Assembly (NCBI RefSeq): GCF_963921235.1
Contig: NC_086097.1
Location: 191,768,001-191,832,000, forward strand
Reading direction: 5' to 3'
DNA: 64,000 nt
From: Mobula hypostoma
Lineage: Eukaryota
Positions within the stretch are counted from its first letter, which is position 1. Each line of letters opens with the position of its first letter. The notes under the pieces were generated by a model. That model was not told the origin of the DNA. It saw nothing but the letters and a program-made list of their open reading frames with translations, and ran no database searches. Below are positions 12,407 to 25,779 of this stretch, piece by piece. The position numbers were made by a program, and so were the translations under genes.

Positions 12407-12909
12407 TATCAGGACGCTGGAGCAGGGATCTAACTGCAGATCCAGTACTGTGCACACAGTAATATTAATTATCAAATCCTGAGGTGCAAACCAAGTCAGC
12501 ATCAAAGTTCAGGCAGAGATCAAAACATCCAGAGAGATCCAAAAACCAGAATCGAGAAACAGGCAGAGTCAATATTCAGACGGACAGAGTTCAGATACAA
12601 ATGCTGGACAGGATCAGGAAAACCCACTGGCACAATCTGGCAACAAACAGGTGAGAACACAGGACTAAAATACACTGAGCAATAAACAGAGAGGAAATTG
12701 ATAGGTGGAACACAATGAGACAGAAGTGGCAGCAAAACAGGTAATAATGATATACAGGTGAGAGGCAGATTACTCAGTAATACAGGGGCCGGAGTAGAGC
12801 AGGAGCACATGGGGCATGAAAACAAATGAGCATATGACATAACAAAACCACAGACTGATGGCCGGGGGAAAACACACGAAAAGAAAAAGTTCAACTAGAG
12901 GTACTGACA
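12407..12909 (-). repeat. 3' LTR of the Gypsy element
   Basis: Begins TGTCA on -, directly after the purine-rich PPT-like tract (12910-12927); aligns with 17285-17803. Confidence 0.9.
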
Positions 12910-13008
12910 GTACGCCCCTACCTCTACGGATGCCTCCTGGCATCACGGCAGGTAAAGCTGGGTGCTGGCGATGAAAGTCCCTGATGAGAGAGGGGTCCAG
13001 GATGTTAC

Positions 13009-13140
13009 AATAGACAATAGGTGCAGGGGTAGGCCATTTGGCCCTTCGAGCCAGCACTGCCATTCACTGTGATCATGGCTGATCATCCACAATCAGTATC
13101 CAGTTCCTGCCTTATCCCCATAACCTTTGATTCTGCTATC
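13009..13140 (-). mobile_element. CR1 3' tail inserted into the Gypsy chromodomain
   Basis: Matches 32780-32920 in inverted orientation, with a (ctattgt)n tail; TTAC duplicated at 13005-13008 and 13141-13144; interrupts WVPAR/NILDP. Confidence 0.85.
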
Positions 13141-16100
13141 TTACGGGCAGGGACCCAGCACCTCTCCTCAGGACCATAGCCCTCCCAGTCCACAAGGTAC
13201 TGGAGGCCACGGCGATGGACGTCCAGCAGTTGATGCACCGTGAAGACCTCCGACCCATTGATGAGCTATGGGGGAGGAGGTAGTTTGGGGAAAGGACATG
13301 GGGTGGCTCATGAAAGGCTTGATGTGGGACACATGGTAGGTGGGATGAATGCAGCAGAGAATGGAGGGGAGCTTGAGATGGACAGCAGCAGGGTTGATGA
13401 CTTTAGCAATGGGAAAGGGGCTGATGAAGCCGGGGGGTGCGCGAGCTTGTGGGAATCCACCTTGAGAGGCAGTAACGTGGGGCCTTGGAGCGATGGCAGT
13501 CAGCTTGATGCTTGATCCTAGCGGGGGCAAGGAGAAGGGCAGAGCGAGTGCACCTCTACGTCCGCTGACAATGGCAGGTGAATGCCTCGGCAGATGGAAT
13601 GCCAACCTCCTCCTAGGCAGGAAACAGTGAAGGTTAGTAGCCAAGGCAGCACTCGAAGGGGGACAGACCGGTGAATGAGGATGGATGAGAGTTTATGGCG
13701 TACTTGGCCCAGGGTAGCTGCTGACTCCACGCAGAGGGATTCTGGGAGACCAGACACTGCAATACTGTCTCTAGCTGTTGGTTGGCCTGCTTGTTCTGGC
13801 CATTGGTCTGTGGGTGGATCCTGAAGACAAACTCAAAGGCATCCAGAAGATTACAGAATGCCCTCCAGAAGTTGGATGTGAATTGAGAGCCCCTGTCTGA
13901 CAACATTTACAGTTAAACCATGTAATTTAAAAAAAAAACATGCAGTACTAGTAATTTGGCTGTTTCTTTGGCCAAGGGGAGTTTAGGTAAAGGAATGAAG
14001 TGTACAGACTTGGAGAAATGATCAACTACTGTGAAAATGGTGGTGTTACCATCTGATGGGGGAAGACCGGTGACAAAATCCAGGGCAATGTGGGACCAGG
14101 GTCGCTTGGGGATAGACAGGGGTTGTAACAGACCAGCAAGTGACCAATTAGAGTTCTTGCCTTGAGCACAGACCAAGCAGGCTGAGACAAAGTTGTGGAT
14201 GTCATCTCCCATGGAGGGCCACCAGAACCATGGACTGATGAAGGCCTAAGTATGCTTGGTTCCAGGGTGACAGGATAACCAGGAAGAATGACACCACTGC
14301 AATACCTGTGAGCGGACAGAGCTGGGAACATAGTGGGGCATTGACAAGGGGCTGCCTCGCTCTGTTGAGCAGCTTTGCACCATGGCTTCAATATCCCACT
14401 GCGCTGCACCCACGAGATAGTGAGCAGGGAAGATGATATCGGGTACCCCAGGGGTCTCAGAGGAAGGAAATCTTCGGGAGAGTGCATCAGGTTTTCCATT
14501 CTTGGAACCAAGGTGGAAGGACAGAGTAAAATTGAATCTTGAGAAAAACAGGGACCAAGGAGCTTGATGGGAGTTGAGATGCTTGGCCATACAGATATAT
14601 TCCAGATTCTTGTGATCAGTCCAGGCTAAGAATGGCACCTTTGCTCCCTCCAGCCAATGCCTCCACTCCTCCAGAGCTAGCTTCACAGCCAGCAGCTCCC
14701 GGTTTCCGACATCGTAATTCCGCTCCGTGGAAGTGAGGCGGTGAGAGAAGGCAGCGCAGGGGTGTACCTTCTCATCTTTGGCCAAGTGCCAAAACAGAAC
14801 AGCTCCTATACCAATGTCAGATGCATCCACTTCCACAGTGAACTGCCGGTCATTGTGGGGTTGAATCAGGATGGGGGCAGAAGTGAAATACTCCTTCAGG
14901 GCAGAGAATGCTTTTTCAGCAGCAGGGGACCAGGATAATCTGACAGCAGATGAGGTAAGAGCAGTGAGTGGTGCAGCCAGTGTACTGTAATTTCTGATGA
15001 AGCGGCGATAAAAGTTAGCAAAGCCCAAGAAGTGTTGCAACTCCCGATTAGTGGAAGGTTGAGGACTGTTTGACCACTGCCTTGACCTTCTGTTGGTCCA
15101 TCTGAATGGAACCACCTGAAATTACATACCCCAGGAAGGAGACGGTATTGTGATGAAACTCACATTTCTCAGCCTTCACGAAGAGTTGGTTCTCCAGAAG
15201 GCACTGAAGAACTCTGCAAACGTGACCCGTGTGTTCAGTAAGGGACTTAGAAAAAAAATCAAAATGTCGTTGAGATACACAAAAACAAATTGGTTCAGCG
15301 TGTCCCTGAGAACATCATTTACCAGGGTTTGGAAGGCAGCGGGGGTATTGGTGAGACCGAATGGCATGACCAGATACTCGTAATGGCCTGAGGTGGTGTT
15401 GAAGGCCGTCTTCCACTTGTCTCCCTTGCGGATGCAGACAAGATGTTAAGCATTACGGAGCTTAAGCTTGGTGAAAACTGAGGCTCCTTGCAGTAGTTCA
15501 AATGTCGAGGTCATGAGCGGAAGAGGGTAATGGTTCTTAACAGTGACTTCATTCAGTCCCTGGTAATCAATGCATGGACGCAAGGAGCTGTCCTTCTTTT
15601 CAACAAAGGAAAAACCAGCACCAGTAGGGGAGGAAGACAGCCGGATGATGCCTGCAGCCAGAGACTTTTGAATGTACTTACTCATGGCTTCAGTTTGAGT
15701 TAAGGACAGGGAATACAGGTGGCCCCTTGGGGGAGATGTGCCAAGCAAGACGTCAATGACGCAATCTTGTGGACGATGAGGTGGTAGGGAAGTGGCCAGG
15801 GCCTTGCTAAACACAGCCTTGAGGTCCATGTACTTAGGAGAGATGGCACTAAGGTCTGGAATTCCTCAGGGGGATCTGAGCATGGCGGAGGCAGTGGGAG
15901 TGACAAAATGGGCTCCAGCCTACAATCTTGTGACTGAGCCTGTCAATGTGGGCTTGTGTTTAACTAACCAGGGATGGTCCAGGATAATGGGAGCTTGAGG
16001 AGAGTCAATAACAAAGGGTTAACTATTCATGATAGTTGCCGGATAGACTGAGACTCACTGGGGCTGTGACATGGGTGATGTTAGCCAGTCTCTGACCGTT

Positions 16101-17284
16101 CAAGGCATTGGCCACCAATGGTGACTGGAGAGCAGACGTGGGTAATCCCCACTGGGCAGCCAAGCCGGAATCGATAAAACACCCCTCTGCATCAGAATCG
16201 ACCAAGACGGAGACTGCTTGCCATTGGACGCTCCACTCCAGAGAAGCAGGTATGAGAGTCAGTGGCGTCGAGGAATGCCGGACAGGGGTCAAGCTCACCA
16301 GTACTCCTCATCCTACTGGTGAGCGCTTGGCTTTTACTGGGCAGATGCAGATGCAGTGGTCTGGTTGGCCACAGTACAGAGAGGAACGGGTGCTGATTCT
16401 CCTTTGTCTTTCAGTCTGCATCAGGCAGGTACAGTCAATATGTATAGCTTCAGGCTCTGGAACAGGAATTGCAGATGGGGCAAACTGCAGGGCAATGTAG
16501 ACTGATGAGGAGCTTGGAACTCACCCATTGCCCCCGGGACCCTCTGGAACCCTTCACTTAGCAGCGCTGCTAAAGGCGAACATCAATACGGATAGCTAAA
16601 TCCACCAGGGCTTCAAAGGTGGCAGGAAGGTCCTGGGTGACCAGCTCATCTTTGATGTCTTCAGAGAGGCCATTCAGGAAGGTGTTGTACTGTGCCTCCG
16701 AGTTCCAACCACTGCAGGTGGCTAGGGTCCGGAACACTATGGCACAATCTGACACAGATCTGCACCCCTGGTGCGCGTGCAGCATTTCACAGGCAGCCTC
16801 TCTCCCACGCTTGGAGCACTTTCCTCATCTCCTCAGAAAATAACTGAAAACTGATGCAAAAAGGTGAGCCTGCCTCCCAGACAGCTGTTCCCCATTCTCT
16901 TGCCCAACTGGACAGCTGAGTGATGACGTAGGCCACCATGGCTCGATCAGTCAGAAATGTTGATTGTAATTCAAAAATGAGGGTCCACTGGGCTCACCTG
17001 AGTACTTTTCTGGAGGCGGCAGACAGGGCTCTTGGACAGGAGGCGAAAGCGAGAACGTGGAGAGCAGAGCAGAAGATGCAGGCGCAGAATGTTGTTGGGT
17101 GCTCTGGGCCAGCTGGAGTGACTGAGTCTGGGCCACAAGATCTGCAACATTGGCAGAAAGTGACTCCACTGCCCTGAACACAGAGTCCAGCTGGTTCTGG
17201 TGTCTCCCCGGTATCACTCCCTGTTGTTTCAGGACAGCTCTCAGACGACCGGGATCTGCTGGATCCATTCTGACCAGATTGTAC

Positions 17285-17803
17285 AGCCAGGATGCTGGAG
17301 CGGGGATCCAATCGCAGATCCAGTACTGTGCACACAGTGATATTAGTTGAATAACAAATGCCAAGGTGCAAACCAAGTCAGTGTCAAAGTTCCAGCAGAG
17401 ATCAAAACATCCAGAGAAATCCAAAAACCAGAACTGGGAAATGGGCAGAGTCAATATTCAGACAGACAGATTTCAGATACGAATGCTGGAAAGGCTCAGG
17501 AAAACCCACTGGCACAATCTGGCAACAAACAGGTGAAAACGCAGGACGAAAATACACTGAGCAATAAACAAAGAGGCAGATGATAGGTGGAGCACAATGA
17601 GACAGAAGTGGCAGCAAAACAGGTAATAATGAGAAACAGGTGAGAGGCAGAGTACTCAGTAATACAAGGGTCGGAGTAGAGCAGGAGCGGGGACAGGAGC
17701 ATGGGGTATGAAAACAAACAAGAGCACATGGCAATACAAAACCACAGACTGACAGCTGGGGGAAAACACACAAAAAGACAAAGTTCAACTGGAGGTATTG
17801 ACA
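17285..17803 (-). repeat. 5' LTR of the Gypsy element
   Basis: Begins TGTCA on - at 17803; followed by the PBS-position sequence and the gag ATG. Confidence 0.9.
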
Positions 17804-20019
17804 TCCTCCCTTCTTGAAGACTGGAGTAACATTTGCAATTTTCAGTTCCACGGAACCACGTTAGAATCTATTAATTCTTGAAAGATCATTACTGCCTCCA
17901 CAATCTCATTAGCTATCTCTTTCAGAACCATTGGGTGTAGTCCAATTGACTTATCTACCTTCAAATCATTCAGCTTCCCAAGCACCTTCTCCCTAGTAAT
18001 AACAGCTGCATTCACTTCTGCCCCTGACATTTGAACTTCTGGCATACTGCTAGCGTCTTCCACAGTGAAAACTGATACAAAATGTTTATTCAGTTCATCC
18101 GCCATTTCTTTGCCCCCAATTATTATCTCTTCAGTGTAATTTTTGGGTAATCCGATATCTACTCTTGCCTCTTTATATACACCTGTATCTGAAAAAACTT
18201 TCAGTATCCTCTTTCATATTATTGGGTAGCTTACCTTCATATTCCATCTTTTCCCTCCTTATGGCTTTTCTTAGTAGCCTTTTGTTGGTTTTTAGAAGCT
18301 TATTATTCCTCTAACTAGTTTTTGCTCTATTATATGCCCTCTTTTGCTTTTATGTTGGCTTTGACTTCCCTTGTCAGCCACAGTTGTGCATCCTGCCTTT
18401 AGAATAGCACTTTTTCTTTGGGATGTACCTATCCTGCACCTTCTGAATTGCTTGCAGAAATTCCAATCATTGTTGCTCTGCCATCATCCCTTCTTGTGTC
18501 CCCTTTCAATCAAATTTGGCCAGCTCCTCATGCCTCTGTAATTTCCTTTACTCCACTGTAAAACTGATACATTTGACTTTAGCTTGTCCCTCTCAAATTG
18601 CGGGGTGAATTCTATCATATTATGATCACTCTCTCTAAGGGTTCCTTTACCTTAAACTCCCTCATCAAATCAGGATCATTACACAACACTCAATCCAGAA
18701 TAGCTGATCCCCTTGTGGGCTCAACCACCAACTGTTCAAAAAAAAACCCTCTCGTGGGCATTACTGTATATAAAGCCTCTCTCCTGAATCCAAAATAAGA
18801 ACTAATCTGATTTTCCCAATCTTCCTGCATATTGAAATCCCCAGTGACTATCCTAACCTTGCCCGCTTGTCATGCATTTTCTATCTCCCATTGTAATTTG
18901 AAGCCCACATCCTGTCTACTGTTTAGAGGTCTATATATAACTGCCATCGGGGTCTTTTTACACATACACTTCCTTAACTCCACCCACAACTATTCTACAT
19001 TTTCCGATTCTGTCAGCGCTTTCTAGGGATTTGATTTCATTTTTTTTTTACCAACGGAGCCACTCCACCCCTGCTACCTACCTTCCCATCCTTTCAATAC
19101 AATGTGTACCCTTGGATGTTCAGCTCCCAACCATAATCTTCTTTCAGCCATGACTCTGTGACACCTATGCCATTCCTGCCAATCTCTGCGGTACAAGATC
19201 ATCTTCCTTATTCTGTATACTGCATGTATTCAAATATAACACCCTCAGTCCTATATTCATCACACTTTTTGATTCTTACCCTCACTGGCCTGAGATCCAG
19301 GGATTACTACCTTGGAGGTCCTGCTTTTCAGCTTTCTGCCCAGCTCCCTAAAGTTTTCAGGAATTCCTCCCTTTTCCTACCTATGTCATTCATTCCAATA
19401 TATACCAAGACTTCCGCTGCTCACCCTCCCCTTTTAGAATGCCGTGGAGCTGACCCTGGCACAAGGGAGGCAATATACCACCTGGATGTTTCTATTGTGT
19501 CCACAGAATGTAGCGTCTGTTCCTCTGACTATGGAATCCTCTATCACTACTGCAATCCTCTTCTCTCCTCCCCACCTTCTGAGCCACAGCACCAGACCCA
19601 GTACCAGAGACCCGGTCACTGCAGCCCCCCTCACCCCCAATAGGTTATCACACTGGACAGTATCCAAAATTGTGTACTTACTATTGTGTTGAATAGCCAT
19701 GGGTACTCTGTACTGGCTGCCCATTTCCTTTCACTCTCCTGACAGTCACCCAGGTACCTGCCTCCTTCACCTTAGGGGTAACTACCTCCATGTAGCTCCT
19801 GTTTATCACCTCAAGTTTCCCAAATGAGCCGAAGGTCATCGAGTTGAAACTCCAGTTCACTAAAACGTTCTGAGGAGCTGCAGCTCAATGCACCTGGTGC
19901 AGATGTGGTTACCTGGGAGGCTGGAGGTCTCCCAGAATTGTTGTATCTCACACAAATAACACACAACCTCTAACTATGTGCTAACAGACAAAGAATGAAG
20001 AATAAAGAAGAAACTTACC

Positions 20020-23000
20020 AGGGGCTTTAAACTAGATTCGCAGGGGGATGGGAACCAAAGTGCCAGAGCTGACAGTGTGGCTGGGGTGAAAATAAATGAT
20101 GTTAAAAGTTCAAGCAAATCCGCTAATAGAAAAGTTGTGAGTGGTGGTAAAAATCTTCTGAGGTGTATATATTTCAATGCTAGGAGTATTGCGGGGAAGG
20201 CGGATGAGTTGAGGGTGTGGATTGACACGTGGAATTATGACGTTGTAGCAATTAGTGAAACTTGGCTACAGGAGGGGCAGGACTGGCAGCTTAATATTCC
20301 AGGGTTCCGATGTTTCAGATGTGATCGAGGCAGAGGAATGAAAGGTGGGGGAGTGGCATTGCTTGTTAGGGAAAATATTACAGTAGTGCTAAGGCAGGAC
20401 AGATTAGAGGGCTTGTCTACTGAGTCCTTGTGGGTGGAGCTGAGAAACAGGAAAGGTATGGCCACATTAGTGGGATTGTATTACAGACCACCCAATAGTC
20501 AAAGAGAATTGGAAGTGCAAATCTGCAGAGAGATAGCAGGCAACTGCAGGAAACATAAAGTTGTGGTGGTAGGGGATTTTAATTTTCCATATATTGATTG
20601 GGTCTCCCATACTGTTAGGGGTCTAGATGGTTTAGAGTTTGTAAAATGTGTTCAGGAAAGTTTTCTAAATCAATAGGGACCAACTAGAGGGAATGCAATA
20701 TTGGATCTCCTGTTAGGAAATGAGTTAGGACAAGTGACAGAAGTCTGTGTAGGGGAGCACTTTGGTTCCAATGATCATAACACCATTAGTTTCAACTTGA
20801 TCATGGACAAGGATAGATCTGGTCCTAGGGTTGAGGTTCTTAACTGGAAGAAGGCCAAATTTGAAGAAATGAGAAAGGATCTAAAAAGCGTAGATTGGGA
20901 CAGGTTGTTCTCTGGCATGGATGTGATCGGTAGGTGGGAAGCCTTCAAAGCAGAAATTTTGAGAGTGCAGAATTTGTATGTTCCTGTCAGGATTAAAGGC
21001 AAGGTGAATAGGAATAAGGAACCTTGGTTCTCAAGAGATATTGCAACTCTGATAAAGAAGAAGAGGGAGTTTTATGACCTGTATAGGAAGCAGGGAGTAA
21101 ATAAGGTGCTTGAGGAGTATAAGAAGTGCAAGAAAATACTTAAGAAAGAAATCAGGAGGGCTAAAAGAAGACATGAGGTTGCCTTGGCAGTCAAAGTGAA
21201 GGATAATCCGAAGAGCTTTTACAGGTATATTAAGAGCAAAAGGATTGTAAGGGATAAAATTGGTCCTCTTGAAGATCAGAGTGGTCGGCTATGTGCGGAA
21301 CCAAAGGAAATGGGGGAGATCTTAAATAGGTTTTTTGCGTCTGTATTTACTAAGGAAACTGGCATGAAGTCTATGGATTTAAGGGAAACAAGTAGTGAGA
21401 TCATGGAAACTGTACAGATCGAAAAGGAGGAGGTCCTTGCTGTCTTGAGGAAAACTAAAGTGGATAAATCCCCGGGACCTGACAGGGTGTTCTCTTGGAC
21501 CTTGAAGGAGACTAGTGTTGAAATTGCAGGGGCCCTGGCTGAAATATTTAAAATGTCGCTGTCTACAGGTGAGGTGCCAGAGGATTGGAGAGTGGCTCAT
21601 GTTGTTCCGTTGTTTAAAAAATGATCGAAAAGTAATCCGGGAAATTATAGGTCAGTAAGTTTAACGTCGGAAGTAGGTAAGTTATTGGAGGGAGTACTAA
21701 GAGACAGAATCTACAAGCATTTGGATAGACAGGGACTTATTAGGGAGAGTCAACATGGCTTTGTGCATGGTAGGTCATGTTTGACCAATCTATTAGAGTT
21801 TTTCGAGGAGGTTACCAGGGAAGTGGAAGGGAAGGCAGCGGATATTGTCTACATGGACTTCAGTAAGGCCTTTGACAAGGTCCCGCATGGGAGGTTAGTT
21901 AGGAAAATTCAGTCGCTAGGTATACATGGAGAGGTGGTAAATTGGATTAGACATTGGCTCGATGGAAGAAGCCAGAGAGTGGTGGTAGAGAATTGCTTCT
22001 CTGAGTGGAGGCCTGTGACTAGTGGTGTGCCACAGGGATCAATGCTGGGTCCATTGTTATTTGTCATCTATATCAATGATCTGGATGATAATGTGGTAAA
22101 TTGGATCAGCAAGTTTGCTGATGATACAAAGATTGGAGGTGTAGTAGACAGTGAGGAAGGTTTTCAGAGCCTGCAGAGGGACTTGGAGCAGCTGGAAAAA
22201 TGGGCTGAAAAATGGCAAATGGAGTTTAATACTGACAAGTGTGAGGTATTGCAGGTTGGAAGGACAAACCAACGTAGAACATACAGGGTTAATGGTAAGG
22301 CACTGAGGAGTGCAGTGGAACAGAGGGATCTGGGAATGCAGATACAAAATTCCCTAAAAGTGGCGTCACAGGTAGATAGGGTCGTAAAGAGAGCTTTTGG
22401 TACATTGGCCTTTATTAATCAAAGTATTGAGTATAAGAGCTGGAATGTTATGATGAGGTTGTATAAGGCATTGGTGAGGCCGAATCTGGAGTATTGTGTT
22501 CAGTTTTGGTCACCAAATTACAGGAAGAATATAAATAAGGTTGAAAGAGTGCAGAGAAGGTTTACAAGGATGTTGCCAGGACTTGAGAAACTCAGTTACA
22601 GAGAAAGGTTGAATAGGTTAGGACTTTATTCCCTGGAACGTAGAAGAATGAGGGGAGATTTGATAGAGGTATATAAAATTATGATGGGTATAGGTACAGT
22701 GAATGCAAGCAGGCTTTTTCCACTGAGGAAAGGGGAGAAAAAAACCAGAGGACATGGGTTAAGGGTGAGGGGGGAAAAGTTTAAAGGGAACATTAGGGGG
22801 GCTTCTTCACACAGAGAGTGATGGGAGTATGGAATGAGCTGCCAGACGAGGTGGTAAATGCGGGTTCTTTTTTAACATTTAAGAATAAAGTGGACAGATA
22901 CATGGATGGGAGGTGTATGGAGGGATATGGTCCGTGTGCAGGTCAGTGGGACTAGGCAGAAAATGGTTCAGCACAGCCAAGAAGGGCCAAAAGGCCTGTT

Positions 23001-23020
23001 TCTGTGCTGTAGTTTCTATA
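20020..23020 (+). mobile_element. Relatively young 5'-truncated CR1 LINE; complete ORF2 (APE-RT) broken by a few lesions
   Basis: ORFs 20077-20676 (YFNARSI, SETWL, GDFN), 20701-21624 and 21685-22821 (GVPQGS, FADDTK); inserted in the 5' region of the older - strand CR1. Confidence 0.93.
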
Positions 23021-23467
23021 CATACCTCACCCAAGCCTGTTCTCACCAAGGCACATCCCTCTAACACTGGTCCATTCAAATACTGGCCACTCTGCTTGGC
23101 CCTGCCTTATTTTTATTTGCCCTTGCTAATATATTGTGAAAGCTTGTGAATGCTCCTTTTTAAATCTCACTCAGAGATCCTGAGTTACCTCCTCTTTCGC
23201 TCCCAATTCAATTGGGCCTCCGGAAAAACCAGCCAGATACTTCGAGAGATTCATTTTAATTTTGTATTCCCCTGAACCAGTGTTTTTTTTACTTTAAGCT
23301 ACATCAAAATGTAAGAAAGAAAACAGGAGGACAGGAAACATCTATCCAACTCAGAGTCTGCTGTACAATTAACAAAATAATATGATTGTATTATTTATTA
23401 ATTTTCTGAAATTGGACATTATTGGCAAAACCAGTATTTATTGTTGTTGTTCTTCTCTGTACATCGT

Positions 23468-24485
23468 ATTGAATTGAATTGATTTCATTACTTACATGAG
23501 GAGTAAAAAACTTTACATCTCTGTCTAAATGTGCAATGTGCAATTTATAGTAATTTATAATAAATAGTATGTACAACAGGACAGTCAATATAAGATAGAA
23601 ATACAATTGTATCAGCATGAACTAACCAGTCTTATGGCCTGCTGGAAGAAGCTGTCCTGGAGCCCGTTGGTCCTGGCTTTTATGCTGTGGTACCGTTTCT
23701 GGATGGTAGCAGCTGGAACAGTTTTTTGTTGGGGTGACTTGGGTCCCCAATGATCGTTCGGGCCCTTTTTACACACCTGTCTTTGTAAATGTCCTGAATA
23801 GTGGGAAGTTCACATCTACAGATGTGCTGGCCGTCCGCACTACTCTCTGCAAAGTCCTGTGAATAAGGAGTGTACAGTTCCCATACCAGGCAGTGATGCA
23901 GCCAGGCAGGATGGTCTTAATCGTGCCCCTGTAGAAAGTTCTTAGGAATTTGGGGGGCCATATCAAACTTCTTCAACCACCTGAGGTGAAAGAGGCGCTG
24001 TTGTGCCTTTTACACCACACAGCCGGTATGTACAGACCACGTGAGATCCTCGGTGATCTGCATGTTGAGGAACTTAAAGCTGTTCACCCTCTCAACCCCA
24101 GATCCATTGACGTCAATAGGGGTTAGCCTCTCTCCATTCCTCCTGTTGTCCACAACTAGCTCCTTTGTTTTTGCGACATTGAGGGAGAGGTTATTTTCTT
24201 GACACCACTGTGTCAGGGTGATGACTTGTTCTCTGTAGGCTGTCTCATTATTATTTGAGATTAGGCCAATCAGTGTAGTATCATCAGCAAATTTAATTAG
24301 CAGATTGGGGCTGTGGATAGTGACATACTCATGGGTATTCAGAGAGTAAAGGAGGGGGCTTAGGACACAGCCCTGAGGGGCACCTTTGTTGAGGGTTAGA
24401 GGGGCAGAGGTGAGGGAGCCCACTCTTAACACCCACCGGCAATCTAACAGGAAGTCCAGGATCCAGCTACACATGGCAGGGTGTG
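23468..24485 (-). mobile_element. Rex1/Babar-type LINE, 3' fragment
   Basis: [36 protein letters not shown]; (caatt)n tail at about 23468-23482. Confidence 0.85.
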
Positions 24486-24519
24486 CATCGGGCAGCCACC
24501 TTGCCATTTCTTCAATATT

Positions 24520-24663
24520 TGTCCTTTTTTTTTATGAACCCGAGTTGCTAGCCTGATGCTCAACCCGGCACAGATGGAAAGCGTGCGGGCAGCCAGCTAG
24601 ATTCAAGCCCAGGACCACTCGCCTCCAAGTCCAGTGTGGATGCCACCACACCACTAGCTGGCT
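24520..24663 (-). mobile_element. Short tRNA-derived SINE
   Basis: On -: A-box-like TGGTGTGGTGG, B-box-like GCTTGAATC, ending in an A-run. Confidence 0.55.
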
Positions 24664-25719
24664 ATTTTATTGTTCATCCATTATTCCATCTTTTCTGCCT
24701 TACCCCCATATCCTTTCACTTCCATGAAGCCAAACAACAAAGAATTTGATTTCTGTTTGAATGAACCCAACAACTGAGGATCAGAATCACAATCAGGTTT
24801 AATATCACTGGATATGTCATGAAATTTGTTAATTTAGCGGCAGCAGTACAATGTGATACATAATAAATATAGAAAAAAATTTAAAGATGTATTACAGCAA
24901 GTATATATATGTAGGAAATCATACCCCACCATGATATTCATCATCTTCTGAGTGAGGTAATTACTACTCAGTGCTAAATGGCCTATGCCCTATTGTTGGT
25001 CTGTGACCCTTGATACTGGTTTCCATTGCCACCCAGAGCATTCTCTGGGATATTCAACGAAATTTTCACTTATCATCCACCTCTTGGGTTTACAGTCATC
25101 TGCACAATCTCTCCACACTGGAAAACCCACTATTCCATAAGTCAATCTGGTGATTTTTTTATTGCATTCCATCTGGTAAGGAGACCTAACTCTTTACACA
25201 ATAATCCAGGTTTGGTCTCACCAAGGTCCCAAGTGGTTACAGTAAATCCTCTTTATTCTTGCATTCTATAATAAAGGTCAAGATAACATTTGCCTTCCAT
25301 ATTACTTGCTGCACTTGTATGTTAGCTTTCTAAAAATTAAACACTTTCATGCTTAAATCAATGTGACAATAATTTAGCAATTTACCCATATTCCAGCTAC
25401 TACTTAAGTACAAAGTTGACCCCGATACTTGAGTCAGTGGTTCCCATGGAGAAGTCATACAGTAAGCTTCCACTAAGGTAGGAAAGTGCATCTTAGGTCG
25501 AGTTACTAAATGTAACTATACAGAACCGTGCAAAATACTTATCTGCATGTATTGCTGCAATTTTCACACAAAAAAGCCAATTCCTTTATGGTGTGTGATA
25601 CTGGCTCAAGTCTCCATGTAGTGTCAGTGAAGCCTTCTTTTTCAACCATGTGAGAATTTCTAGCCCACTGTGATAATTACATTTCTCAGAATTACATTTG
25701 ACTGAAGGGATGTAAGCAA

Positions 25720-25779
25720 TCACGAATTCTTGGCAAAAACAGTTTGTTGATTGTCCAGTTTTAACTCGTTCATGATTTT
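25720..25779 (-). CDS. RNF31: RNF31/HOIP-like, probable final coding exon (KIMNELKLDNQQTVFAKNS*)
   Basis: Acceptor ttactttaaacag with a branch-like ACTAAC about 30 nt upstream; phase 0 fits the previous exon; resembles the HOIP terminal KLTEEVPL segment. Confidence 0.65.
   Translation of the reverse strand, partial: KIMNELKLDNQQTVFAKNS

Larger units (their letters stand above)
12407..17803 (-). mobile_element. Full-length, inactivated Ty3/Gypsy chromovirus (Tf1/sushi group) LTR retrotransposon
   Basis: Two related LTRs. Gag starts MDPADPGRLR at 17268, with LPPPEKYSGEP and a degenerate CCHC knuckle. Protease LVDSDAE; RT MPFGLTN...YLND; RNase H VDASDIGIGAVL; integrase [13 protein letters not shown]; chromodomain [13 protein letters not shown]. 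Many stops and frameshifts; degenerate 5-bp TSD (ctctc/tcctc) in the host CR1. Confidence 0.95.
11154..19970 (-). mobile_element. Old near-full-length CR1 LINE interrupted by the Gypsy element; its 5' end resumes at about 23021-23200
   Basis: RT and 3' part at 11154-12406 is continuous with 17804 onward (MADELNKHFVSVFT); EN at about 18600-19250; ORF1 remnants, including PGNHICTRCIELQL, at about 19300-19970. Confidence 0.85.

Noticed and set aside
12910..17284. Gypsy internal region as a PEG10/RTL-like domesticated gene
   Set aside because: Both LTRs are present, gag and pol are broken by many stops and frameshifts, and the RT motif reads YLND.
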